Assembly: GCA_965116445.1 (NCBI GenBank)
Contig: OZ220688.1
Coordinates: 1,447,842-1,511,841, forward strand
Direction: 5' to 3'
DNA length: 64,000 nt
Source of the DNA: Thermoanaerobaculia bacterium
GTDB lineage: Bacteria; Acidobacteriota; Thermoanaerobaculia; Multivoradales; Multivoraceae
Positions 16,764 through 25,550 of the stretch are shown here, one piece after another. The notes under the pieces are model-generated. The model made no database searches and was not told the origin of the DNA. It saw only the letters and a list, made by a program, of their open reading frames with translations. The stretch's first letter is position 1, and every line of letters begins with the position of its first letter. The translations under genes were made by a program, and so were the position numbers.

Positions 16764-18286
16764 CGACGCGGCGGCCCAAGAGCCTGTCGCAGGTCGGTCG
16801 TTCCGCGGCCGGAAGTGACCGCCGCCGAGTCGCCGACCACAAGCAGGGCGATCCCCCGCGGATCGATGAAGCGCTGCGCCACGCGCCGGAGGTCCGTCAC
16901 GGTCACGGTGCCGAGCCGCTGCCGGTACAGGGACCAGTACTCATGGGGACGGCCGAGCAACTCGTCCTCGGCGTAGCGCCCCGCGATGACCTCGGCGCGG
17001 TCGAACAGCAGCGGCAGCCGCGCCAGGAGGGACCGCCTGGCGGTCGCGACTTCCGCATCGGTCACATCGCCCCGTCGCAGCCGTCCGAGTTCTTCGAGTA
17101 CGGCCGCCGCGGCCACCGCGGCGGACTCGGGCGCCGTCTCCAGGAAGATCCGGAACTCGCCCGCGCTCGGGGTCGGCGTTCGGCCCCGCGCCGACTCGGC
17201 CGGCACCACGACCAGGTCGAACCAGGTCAACACCCGGTACGTGAGGCCCTCTTCAAGCTGCAGTCGCGCACGCAGGCGAGACACCGCGCCCGGACCGTCC
17301 AGAATCTCCGTCAGCAACATCAAGGCCCAGCGGTCGCGGTGGTCCCAGGAGTCGAACTGGGCGGCCCGATGGCCTAGCGCGATCGCGGCCTGCGTGCCCT
17401 GCCGGTCGATGAGCCACCAACCCGGAGACGCGGCAGCGATGTCCGGCCGAAAACCCGACTTCGCCGGCTCGGCCGGCGCGGCGTCCGCGGACACTTCCGC
17501 CTCCCCGCCCGCTACCCGCTCCGGCCCCTCCCAGTCGCCGAAGAGTTCGTCGAGTCGCGCGACCACAGCCTCGGCATCCACGTCGCCCGATACCGCGATC
17601 ACCGCGCCCTCGGGACGCCAGTGCCGTCGGTGGAAGCGTGCCAGCGCATTGCGCTCGAAGGCCGCCACGGACGCCTCCGTCAAGCGTCGACTGTGTGGGG
17701 AGTCCGGCCCGTGAACCAGGCGCGACCACTCCCGATCCAGGACCGAGCGCGGGTCGTCCCCTTCCGCGAGCAGGCTGACGCGAAGGTTGTCCTTCGCCTG
17801 CGCCAGCCGCTGCTCGTCGAATCGCGGTTCGAACACGATCGCAGCCAGGAGCTCCAGGCCCCGGTCAAGGGCCTCGGAACCGGTATCGAGCGCGAGCACG
17901 GTCCGGGCCCACGAACTGCTGCTCGCGATGCGCGCGCCCAGAGCATCGATTTCGTCGTCGAGCTCCTCGGGACCGAGGCCGGCGGCGCCCCCACGCCTGA
18001 CCATGGCGGCGGTCATCGACGCGATGCCGTCCTCACCCGACCCCTCGTCCCGGTCCCCGACCGGCAGCGCCAGCACGACATCGACCAGGGGCAGGCTGCG
18101 GTCGGGCACGACGTAGACCGGCAGGCCGTTACCAAGCTCGAAACGGAGTCCGTCGACCGGAGGCGGATCGAATCGGGACGGAGCGAAACGGAGGGCTTCG
18201 GGCCGGTCCGGAATCTCCTGCGCGGAAAGCTGTGCAGTGAGCGGCGCCCACACGACAAAGACCCCGAGCGCCGCCAGTCGCAGCAC
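16760..18286 (-). CDS. M16 (pitrilysin) family peptidase, non-catalytic subunit
   Basis: L.NGL.VYVVPDRSLPLV, GIASMTAAMV (no HxxEH), SRL...L..EEGLTY. Confidence 0.85.
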   Translation of the reverse strand: MLRLAALGVFVVWAPLTAQLSAQEIPDRPEALRFAPSRFDPPPVDGLRFELGNGLPVYVVPDRSLPLVDVVLALPVGDRDEGSGEDGIASMTAAMVRRGGAAGLGPEELDDEIDALGARIASSSSWARTVLALDTGSEALDRGLELLAAIVFEPRFDEQRLAQAKDNLRVSLLAEGDDPRSVLDREWSRLVHGPDSPHSRRLTEASVAAFERNALARFHRRHWRPEGAVIAVSGDVDAEAVVARLDELFGDWEGPERVAGGEAEVSADAAPAEPAKSGFRPDIAAASPGWWLIDRQGTQAAIALGHRAAQFDSWDHRDRWALMLLTEILDGPGAVSRLRARLQLEEGLTYRVLTWFDLVVVPAESARGRTPTPSAGEFRIFLETAPESAAVAAAAVLEELGRLRRGDVTDAEVATARRSLLARLPLLFDRAEVIAGRYAEDELLGRPHEYWSLYRQRLGTVTVTDLRRVAQRFIDPRGIALLVVGDSAAVTSGRGTTDLRQALGPPRR

Positions 18287-18287
18287 G

Positions 18288-19748
18288 TCAACTCCCCCCG
18301 GTCCGGGTCAGGGAGAGGACCGCCCGTTCGGCCGCAACGAGGTAGCGGTCGACGACCCGTTCCAGGTCTTCCGCGGAAGCGGCGGACGCGGCGTCCAGCC
18401 ACTCCTCCAACTGGCTGAAACCCCCCAGGACCTCGGCAGCAGCCAGCCGATGGGCCAGGCCCGCGTCCTGTTCGAGTTGACGCCACGAGTCGGTCACGAG
18501 TTGCCGGCGCACCCGCGCGAGTTCCGTGTCATCGATGCCACCGGTGCGAATCCTCCCGAGCAGCCGGTCCCAGGCCGCGGTCAAGTCTTCCAGACTGCCT
18601 CCCTCACCGGCCTCGATCCGTACCGCGAAGTAACCGCCAAGCTTCCTGGACACATGCTCCGCCGACGCGGCGTAGGCGACCCGCCCTCCTCCCACGACGA
18701 GTTCGCGGTAGAGCCGCCCCGACCGGCTGTTCAGGAGACCGGCCAGCACATCGAGGGCGACGGCATCGCCGGCCGCCGCGAACGGCACCGTGGGATAACG
18801 GATCTCGACCTGGCTCCGGCACGCGCAGAGACCGTCCAGCGAGCCGAGCGCCGGCTTCGCAACCTCAGGCGTTTTCGTGGCCGCCGCCACGCGACGGGAA
18901 CTCCCCAGTCGCCCGAAGTACCGCTCCGCGAGCTCCCGCACCTGCGGCACGGACAGGTCGCCGACCAGCACCGCGACGATCCGCTCGGGCCGATAGGCGG
19001 CCTCGAAGTGGCTCCGCGCGTGCTCGGGCAGCAAGCGCTCGACTTCAAGACGTTCGCCGCCCGGCGAATGAGCGTACGGGTGCCCCACGCCCCAGTAGGC
19101 GGCGTCGAAGAGTTCGAACCAGGAGGCCGTCGGGCTCGAGTCGATGCGCTGGCGCCGCTCCTGCTCGACCACCGCCAGTTCGCGCCGGAAGCCGCGGAAC
19201 ACGGGTTCGAGCAAACGGTCGGACTCCAGCCAGAACCAGAGTTCGAGCTTCTCCTTCGGCACCAGGGCCTGGAAGGCGGTCGAGTCATGGCGGGTGAACG
19301 CATCGATCCCCACCGCGCCGGCTCGCGTGTAGGCGCCCGCGTAGGCACCCGGCCGCTGAATCTCGACCAGCCGCTGCTCCACGCGCTCCAGGCCGGGCGC
19401 TGGGGCACCCCGCCGCAGGGATTGTCCGTACAACTGCTCCCACCGCTTCAAGAGGGGCGCCTCCGCCTCCCAGTCGCGGGTGCCGATCGTACGGCTGCCG
19501 GCGTACAGGAGATGCTCGACGACGTGTGCCAGACCGCGACGGCCGGGCGGGTCCATCGCCGAGCCGCCGCGCACCGCCCAGACAGCGGCCAGGAGGCGCC
19601 TTCCCGGTCGCTCGACGACCAGGAAGGTCATCCCGTTGTCGAGTGTGAAGTGTGCGGGCTCCAGCTTCGGCGGTGGAGCCTGGGCCGTCGCGGCTGTCAC
19701 CGCAGTCGCCAGAGCGCCCAACGCCGCCAGCCATCCAGCCGGTTTCAC
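18288..19748 (-). CDS. M16 (pitrilysin) family peptidase, catalytic subunit
   Basis: TLDNGMTFLVVE, GLAHVVEHLLY (HxxEH), AFT..DST, LWFWLESDR; GTG overlaps the upstream stop. Confidence 0.88.
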   Translation of the reverse strand: MKPAGWLAALGALATAVTAATAQAPPPKLEPAHFTLDNGMTFLVVERPGRRLLAAVWAVRGGSAMDPPGRRGLAHVVEHLLYAGSRTIGTRDWEAEAPLLKRWEQLYGQSLRRGAPAPGLERVEQRLVEIQRPGAYAGAYTRAGAVGIDAFTRHDSTAFQALVPKEKLELWFWLESDRLLEPVFRGFRRELAVVEQERRQRIDSSPTASWFELFDAAYWGVGHPYAHSPGGERLEVERLLPEHARSHFEAAYRPERIVAVLVGDLSVPQVRELAERYFGRLGSSRRVAAATKTPEVAKPALGSLDGLCACRSQVEIRYPTVPFAAAGDAVALDVLAGLLNSRSGRLYRELVVGGGRVAYAASAEHVSRKLGGYFAVRIEAGEGGSLEDLTAAWDRLLGRIRTGGIDDTELARVRRQLVTDSWRQLEQDAGLAHRLAAAEVLGGFSQLEEWLDAASAASAEDLERVVDRYLVAAERAVLSLTRTGGS

Positions 19749-21517
19749 GGCCGCTCCTCGACGACGAGGTAGACGCCAACCGGCGGATCGACGATCCGGG
19801 TCCGGGCGCCGGACGGCCAGCGCAGGTCGAGGCGCCTCGGTTCCCCGGCGCCGCTCACAGCGCCGGTCGCCGGAAGCGCCCAACGCAGACGGTGCCCACT
19901 CGACGACTGGTAGCTGTCGCCGCGCAACGCCCAGCGACGTGAAGGCGGCTGTGCGACCTCGCCGGAAAGGGTCGCCACAGCCCCTACAGCCTGGGTGTTC
20001 CCGGATCGGCCGCGAAGTTCGAGGCCCAGCCAACCCGCACCCGCTGGTCCGGCCGTGTCGTTCCTCCAGAGCCGCGCCGGACCGTCGTTGGCTGTCACAA
20101 GGAGGTCGCCGTCGCCGTCGTTGTCGAAGTCCGCGACGGCTGCCCCGCGGCTCACCAGGGGACCCTGGTCCGTCCAGTCGCACCGCGCTTCGGAGAAGCT
20201 CCCCGAAGCACTGCCCCGCAGCAGCAGGTTCCGCTGCCGGTGGTCCGTGTTGTCGCGCCGCGGCGACGCGAAGATGTGCCCGTTCGCGACGTACACGTCG
20301 AGCGCGCCGTCGCGGTCGAAGTCCCCGGTCACGATCCCGAAGCCCAGCAGGTTGAAGGAGGGCTGGCCGAAACCAGAGGTGGCCGACACGTCCTGGAAAA
20401 GAAGGTCGGTCCCGGAAGTCGCATTGCGATACAGGGTGTTCGTCTCGACGTCGAAGTTGGTGACCATCAGATCGACGTCGCCGTCGGAATCGAAGTCGGC
20501 CGCCGCCAACCCCATGCCCGCCTCCGGGCGTCCGTTCCGGTTGACGGCGGCGCCCGAGAGGAGGGACTGATCCTCGAACGTACCATCGCCGCGATTCCGG
20601 AAGAGGAGGTTCAGGGTCAGGTCGTTGGCCACATAGAGATCGGGCCATCCGTCCGCGTCGAGGTCGGCGAAGACAACCCCAAGCCCCTTGCCGTCGGCAC
20701 CATCGAGGCCGGCCCGAGCGGTCGCGTCCTCGAAAGCGCCGGCCCCCAGGTTCACGTAGTAGCGGTCGTGCTGGCCCAGGAACAGCGACGGATCGCAGAC
20801 CTCCGGCTCGGAGCCCGGACCGTCCCGACGGCAGACGAGGCCGTGGTCCGGGTCGTAGTCGAGGTACCGCGAGACGTAGAGGTCGAGGTCGCCGTCTCCG
20901 TCCGCGTCGGCCAGGGCCATCGAGGACCCCCAGGGGACGCCGCCCGACCGTCCCTCCGGCTTGACTGCCTCAAGCGGCGCCGCCGGCGCGAACGACCCGT
21001 CGCCCCGGTTGTCCAGGAGCACGGTCGGGCCGTAGTGCGAAACGAGCAGGTCGTCATCCCCGTCACCGTCCACGTCCGCCGCGACGACGCCCTGCCCGTA
21101 ACCCCGCGCCAGGGGGCCCGCCTCGACCGCCGCGAACCGGAACGCACCCGCCTCATCCGGGCCGAGGTTCCTGAAGAGGCGGTCGGACGCCGGGCCGTCC
21201 CCCTCCGGCGGAAAGACGCCCGACTGGACAAGGTAGAGATCGAGCCAACCGTCGCCGTCGAAGTCGACCCAGGCCACGCCGGCGCCCATCGTCTCCGGCA
21301 AGTGCAGACCGCCCGCGGCGCCCGAGTCGTGGACGAAGCGCACACCGGACCGGGCGGCCGTCTCCGTGAACAGGAACCCGCAGTCCCCGCCGTCCGCGGC
21401 GCCGGAAGGCGAAGCGAAGACCGCCGCATGCACGGCGACCAGAACGGCCAGTCGGCAACCGATCGCCGGAAATCCGCACGGACCGCAAGGCCGAATCGAC
21501 TCGCGCGGCCAGCTCAT
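19745..21517 (-). CDS. CRTAC1-like FG-GAP repeat / ASPIC-UnbV protein
   Basis: ETMGAGVAWVDFDGDGWLDLY, repeated D.D.DGD.DL motifs, C-terminal GNTQAVGA...SYQS...RWPSG. Confidence 0.9.
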   Translation of the reverse strand: MSWPRESIRPCGPCGFPAIGCRLAVLVAVHAAVFASPSGAADGGDCGFLFTETAARSGVRFVHDSGAAGGLHLPETMGAGVAWVDFDGDGWLDLYLVQSGVFPPEGDGPASDRLFRNLGPDEAGAFRFAAVEAGPLARGYGQGVVAADVDGDGDDDLLVSHYGPTVLLDNRGDGSFAPAAPLEAVKPEGRSGGVPWGSSMALADADGDGDLDLYVSRYLDYDPDHGLVCRRDGPGSEPEVCDPSLFLGQHDRYYVNLGAGAFEDATARAGLDGADGKGLGVVFADLDADGWPDLYVANDLTLNLLFRNRGDGTFEDQSLLSGAAVNRNGRPEAGMGLAAADFDSDGDVDLMVTNFDVETNTLYRNATSGTDLLFQDVSATSGFGQPSFNLLGFGIVTGDFDRDGALDVYVANGHIFASPRRDNTDHRQRNLLLRGSASGSFSEARCDWTDQGPLVSRGAAVADFDNDGDGDLLVTANDGPARLWRNDTAGPAGAGWLGLELRGRSGNTQAVGAVATLSGEVAQPPSRRWALRGDSYQSSSGHRLRWALPATGAVSGAGEPRRLDLRWPSGARTRIVDPPVGVYLVVEERP

Positions 21518-21530
21518 CGTGTGGCGGCGC

Positions 21531-21893
21531 TCAGCTCGCGGCCGCTTCAACCGCCAAGCGTGCGGCCCCCTGTGCCCTTCCGATCTCGACGCCCAGCCTC
21601 GTGACCTGGTCGGCCAACTGCCCGGCCACTCTGTCGATGCGCGCCTCAAGTCGATCGCCGCGCTCTTCAATCCGGGTGCAACGCTCCTCGATCCGAGCGC
21701 AGCGCTCCTCAATCCGACTGCACCGCTCTTCAATCCGGTCGCTTCGTTCACTCGCCTGCATCTCGATCCTCCTTCGGTCCAGGGCTGCTTCATCGAAGCG
21801 CCGGTCCATTCGGCGAATGGCCCAGGCAAACAGCCCCCCAAACGCCGAGATGCAGGGCAAGACCACGCCCCCGATCAGTAACAACGTATTCAT
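21531..21893 (-). CDS. Small protein with N-terminal TM helix and heptad-repeat coiled coil
   Basis: MNTLLLIGGVVLPCISAFGGLFAWAI, then (RIEERC/G)x4; GGAGAG RBS. Confidence 0.7.
   Translation of the reverse strand: MNTLLLIGGVVLPCISAFGGLFAWAIRRMDRRFDEAALDRRRIEMQASERSDRIEERCSRIEERCARIEERCTRIEERGDRLEARIDRVAGQLADQVTRLGVEIGRAQGAARLAVEAAAS
21661..21744. repeat. 21-bp tandem repeat x4 (coding heptads)
   Basis: cgctcttcaatccgggtgcaa / cgctcctcgatccgagcgcag / cgctcctcaatccgactgcac / cgctcttcaatccggtcgctt. Confidence 0.9.
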
Positions 21894-22042
21894 CGCACTC
21901 TCCACGGCGGCGCCTCCCGACTCGAATCCGGTCAACCTTGGAGTCGACGGCGCCACGGTGGCGCGTCGACTCTATCTCCATACAAAGACAAGGACGGATT
22001 AAGCCGCCTGCAACCGGGTTCCGTGGCGCGTAGACTGCGTCC

Positions 22043-23356
22043 GTGGAGCTGATCTGCGGCACGCACACCCTGGCGTTCGCGGGCCGCCCGCTCGTCATGG
22101 GGGTGCTCAACGTGACGCCGGACAGCTTCTCGGACGGCGGCCGCTTCGACCGTCCGGACCGGGCGCTCGACCATGCACGCAGGATGGCGGCGGAGGGCGC
22201 GGACCTGATCGACATCGGCGCGGAGAGCACCCGGCCGGGCGCCGCGCCCGTGGACCTGGAGGACGAAGTTGCGCGCCTGCTGCCGGTCGTCGAGGGGATT
22301 GCGGCGCTCGACCTCGGCGTGCCGCTCAGCGTCGATACGGCGAAGCCGGAGGCGGCCGACCGGGCGCTCGCAGCCGGCGCCGTGATGATCAACGACGTCT
22401 CCGGCGCCGGCGACGCGATGCTGGAGGTCGCCGTCCGGCACGGCGCTCCGGTCATCGCGATGCACATGCGGGGCGAGCCGCGGACGATGCAGAGCGCCCC
22501 GCACTACGACGACGTGGTCGCCGAGGTCCGCGACTACCTGGCCGAGCGGGTGGCGGCCGGCCACGACCGCGGCGCCCAGGTTCTCGTCGACCCGGGCATC
22601 GGATTCGGCAAGACGCTTGCGCACAACCTGGACTTGCTGGCCAACCTGTCCGCGTTCCGTGCGCTCGGCGCGCCGGTCGTCCTCGGGGTGTCCCGCAAAT
22701 CCTTCCTCGACCGGCTGCTCGGCGGCGTGCGGGTCGGCGAGCGGCTGGCCGGCACCCTGGCGGTCAACGCCTGGGCGGCGGCCCTGGACGTCGCCGACGT
22801 GCTGCGAGTCCACGACGTACGAGCGCACCGGCAACTGGCGGAGAGCATCGCCGCGCTGCGCCGGCATCGCCGGCCGACGGCACGGCGACGGCGGGTCATC
22901 GCACGCGGCATCCCCTGCCGCGCCCGCATCGGCGTGACGGCTCGCGAACGCTCTGCGCCGCAGGAACTCCTGGTCGACATCGAAGTGACGCAGGCAGCAC
23001 AAGCAACGCCGGCGACGCCGGACGACCTGAACGAAACGGTGGACTACGCCGAGCTGGCCGCGATCGCCCGCGACCTCGCGGCGGAGGGCGAGTACCGGCT
23101 CGTGGAGACCCTGGGGGAACGGATCGCCGCCGCGGTCCTCGGAGGCAATCGAGCACCGGGCGCTCTACGGCCCACCCGGGGCAGGCAGCCGGATCGCGGA
23201 CAGAGGCCCGTGCGCGCGGCAGCCGGCAGCGGCGGCGACAAAGGCCCGGCGGCCCGCGGCCGGATCGAGTCGCTGCGGGTCCGGGTCATGAAACCCGGAG
23301 CGGCGCGCGAGCTCGGCGTCGCGGAAGTCGGCGCCGAAGTCGACTGGCGACCGTGA
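22043..23356 (+). CDS. folP: Dihydropteroate synthase fused to C-terminal dihydroneopterin aldolase (FolP-FolB)
   Basis: VMGVLNVTPDSFSDGG, GAESTRPG, DPGIGFGK, SRKSF, RVHDV; then RIGV..RER..PQ.L.VD, TVDY, LVETL, V.KP (FolB motifs). Confidence 0.92.
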   Translation: MELICGTHTLAFAGRPLVMGVLNVTPDSFSDGGRFDRPDRALDHARRMAAEGADLIDIGAESTRPGAAPVDLEDEVARLLPVVEGIAALDLGVPLSVDTAKPEAADRALAAGAVMINDVSGAGDAMLEVAVRHGAPVIAMHMRGEPRTMQSAPHYDDVVAEVRDYLAERVAAGHDRGAQVLVDPGIGFGKTLAHNLDLLANLSAFRALGAPVVLGVSRKSFLDRLLGGVRVGERLAGTLAVNAWAAALDVADVLRVHDVRAHRQLAESIAALRRHRRPTARRRRVIARGIPCRARIGVTARERSAPQELLVDIEVTQAAQATPATPDDLNETVDYAELAAIARDLAAEGEYRLVETLGERIAAAVLGGNRAPGALRPTRGRQPDRGQRPVRAAAGSGGDKGPAARGRIESLRVRVMKPGAARELGVAEVGAEVDWRP

Positions 23357-23363
23357 ACCGGCC

Positions 23364-23843
23364 GTGACCCGGACTCGCGCCTTCGTCGCGCTCGGCTCGA
23401 ACCTCGGCTGTCGCCGGGCGAACCTGCGGGCCGCGACGAACAGCCTGCGGCGCCTCGGGACGTTGACCGCAGTCTCGGAACTTCACACGACCCGGGCCGT
23501 CCCGGAGAGCGGCGTTCTCGCCACGGACCCGGACTTCCTGAATGCCGCCGCGGCGATCGAGACCCGGCTCGACGCCCGAACCCTGCTCGACGGCCTGCTC
23601 CGGATCGAGGCCGGCCTCGGCCGCGACCGAGGAACAACGCCCGCAGGCCCCCGAACGATCGACCTCGACCTCCTCCTGTTCGGCGACCTCGTCATCGAGA
23701 CGCCCGGCCTGGTCGTGCCCCACCCCCACATGCACCGCCGCCGCTTCGTCCTCGAACCGCTGTGCCAGATCGCCCCCGCCGCCTGGCACCCGGGGCTGGG
23801 GAGAACGGCGGCCGAGCTGCTGGGCGAGCTGGCGGCTGACTGA
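23364..23843 (+). CDS. folK: 2-amino-4-hydroxy-6-hydroxymethyldihydropteridine pyrophosphokinase
   Basis: ALGSNLG, FLNAA, GPRTIDLDLL, PHP.M..R.FVL.PL. Confidence 0.95.
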   Translation: MTRTRAFVALGSNLGCRRANLRAATNSLRRLGTLTAVSELHTTRAVPESGVLATDPDFLNAAAAIETRLDARTLLDGLLRIEAGLGRDRGTTPAGPRTIDLDLLLFGDLVIETPGLVVPHPHMHRRRFVLEPLCQIAPAAWHPGLGRTAAELLGELAAD

Positions 23844-23879
23844 GCACGCCGCGCTAGTAGCTCAGCTAGCGCGGCAGAG

Positions 23880-23906
23880 ACTGGGTGCGCCGGCGTCCCC
23901 GCCGGC
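23880..23906 (+). repeat. REP-like palindromic repeat (unoccupied IS target)
   Basis: ACTGGGTGCGCCGGCGTCCCCGCCGGC between convergent folK and acyl-CoA dehydrogenase genes; identical to the reverse complement of the copies at 41394-41420 and 43988-44014. Confidence 0.85.
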
Positions 23907-23950
23907 TTTCCGAAAAGGACGCGCCGCGAAGCGGCGACCATCCTGGCGCG

Positions 23951-25120
23951 CTAATAGCTCTTCGGCAGGCCCAGCACCTTCTCCGCGATGTGGCAGAGGA
24001 TGAGCTGCGGGCTGACCGGGGCCAGCCGCGGGATCATCACCTCGCGCATCAGCCGCTCGACGTGGAACTCCTTCGCGTAGCCCATGCCGCCATGGGTCAT
24101 CACGGCCTGCGTACAGGCCTTGAAGCCCGCCTCGGCGCCGAGGTACTTCGCGGCATTTGCGTAGTGGCCGCACGGTTCCTCGCGGTCGTAGAGAGAAGCC
24201 GCCTGCATGGCCATCAGAAACGCCGCCTCCAGCTCCATCCAGCACTCCGCCAGGGGATGCTGGATCGACTGGTTCTGGCCGATCGGTCGACCGAAGACCC
24301 GCCGGTTCCGGGCGTAGTCGGCGGCCCGGTCCAGAGCGTTGCGGCCGACGCCAACCGCCTCGATGCCGATCAGAATCCGCTCCGGATTCAGGCTGTGCAG
24401 GATGTACTCGAAGCCGCGGCCTTCGTCGCCGATGCGGTCCTCCGCGGGTATCTCGAGTCCGTCGATGAACAGCTCGTTCGAATCCACGGCGGCCCGGCCC
24501 ATCTTCGGAATGCGCCGGACCTCGACCCTGGACCGGTCGAGTGTCGTGTAGAACAACGAAAGGCCCTTGGTCGCCTTCCGGGTCTCGGCTCTCGGTGTCG
24601 TGCGCGCGAGCAGCATGACCCGGTCCGCCTCCTGAGCAGTCGTGGTCCAGATCTTGCGGCCGTGGACGATGTAGCCGCCATCGGGCTGCCGCTCGGCGCG
24701 CGTCGTGATGGCCGTCGTCTCCAAGCCGGCATCCGGCTCCGTCACCGCGAAGCACGTCTTCGCCCGACCCTCGATCAGTTCGGGCAGAAAGCGCTGGCGC
24801 TGCTCCTCCGTTCCGAACACGACGATCGGGTGCGGCCCGAAGATGTTGATGTGAATCGCGGAAGCCGCGCTCATGCCGCCGCCCGCTCGGGCCACTTCGT
24901 GCATGACCAGGGCAGCTTCGGTAACGCCCAACCCCGAACCGCCGTACTTCTCCGGCATGGCGATGCCGAGCGCGCCGCACTCCGCCATGGCGCGGTGGAA
25001 CTCGTTCGGAAACCGGACCTCGTTGTCGACCGCCAGCCAGTAGTCGTCGTCAAACGCCGCGCATGTACGCGCAATCCCTTCGCACAGCGCGCGCTGCTGT
25101 CCGCTCAGAGTGAAGTCCAT
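23951..25120 (-). CDS. Acyl-CoA dehydrogenase
   Basis: MDFTLS, FAVTEPDAG, G.KIWTT, R.VFGRPIGQNQ, THGGMGYAKE..VER. Confidence 0.95.
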   Translation of the reverse strand: MDFTLSGQQRALCEGIARTCAAFDDDYWLAVDNEVRFPNEFHRAMAECGALGIAMPEKYGGSGLGVTEAALVMHEVARAGGGMSAASAIHINIFGPHPIVVFGTEEQRQRFLPELIEGRAKTCFAVTEPDAGLETTAITTRAERQPDGGYIVHGRKIWTTTAQEADRVMLLARTTPRAETRKATKGLSLFYTTLDRSRVEVRRIPKMGRAAVDSNELFIDGLEIPAEDRIGDEGRGFEYILHSLNPERILIGIEAVGVGRNALDRAADYARNRRVFGRPIGQNQSIQHPLAECWMELEAAFLMAMQAASLYDREEPCGHYANAAKYLGAEAGFKACTQAVMTHGGMGYAKEFHVERLMREVMIPRLAPVSPQLILCHIAEKVLGLPKSY

Positions 25121-25200
25121 GGGCGGCGCAGAGGGTACAACGACTCTACGAGCCCGGGCAGTTCGCGCTCGCCGCTTCGCCGCTCCGGTCCTGCTCTGCC

Positions 25201-25542
25201 TCAGCCCGCCGGAGCTGGCAACAGCACGTACCGAGCCAGGGCGGCGAAGCCGCCGATCAGAATCAGAGCCGCGGTCCACGTCAGTGCCAGGCGCTGCCAG
25301 CGCTCGAGGTGCTCCTGTCTGCCCGCCCATCGCACAATGGTCCGCAGCAGGTACGGCAGAGACGCACCCCAGACCAGCAGGATGCCCAGCAGCACCCACG
25401 AAGTCGGCGAAAAGCCCTGGAGCACGGCCAGCGCCCCGATCGCGAACAGGAGCGCGACGCGCACCACGACGCGCACGAAGCGCATGCTGCCGGCCTGCTG
25501 CCGCTTGAGCTGATTCCGCCGGTCGCTGAAGTCGATCGCCAT
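25201..25542 (-). CDS. Small membrane protein (about 3 TM helices)
   Basis: Three hydrophobic segments; lies in an operon position between ptrB and the acyl-CoA dehydrogenase gene. Confidence 0.7.
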   Translation of the reverse strand: MAIDFSDRRNQLKRQQAGSMRFVRVVVRVALLFAIGALAVLQGFSPTSWVLLGILLVWGASLPYLLRTIVRWAGRQEHLERWQRLALTWTAALILIGGFAALARYVLLPAPAG

Positions 25543-25550
25543 CCGCGGCT

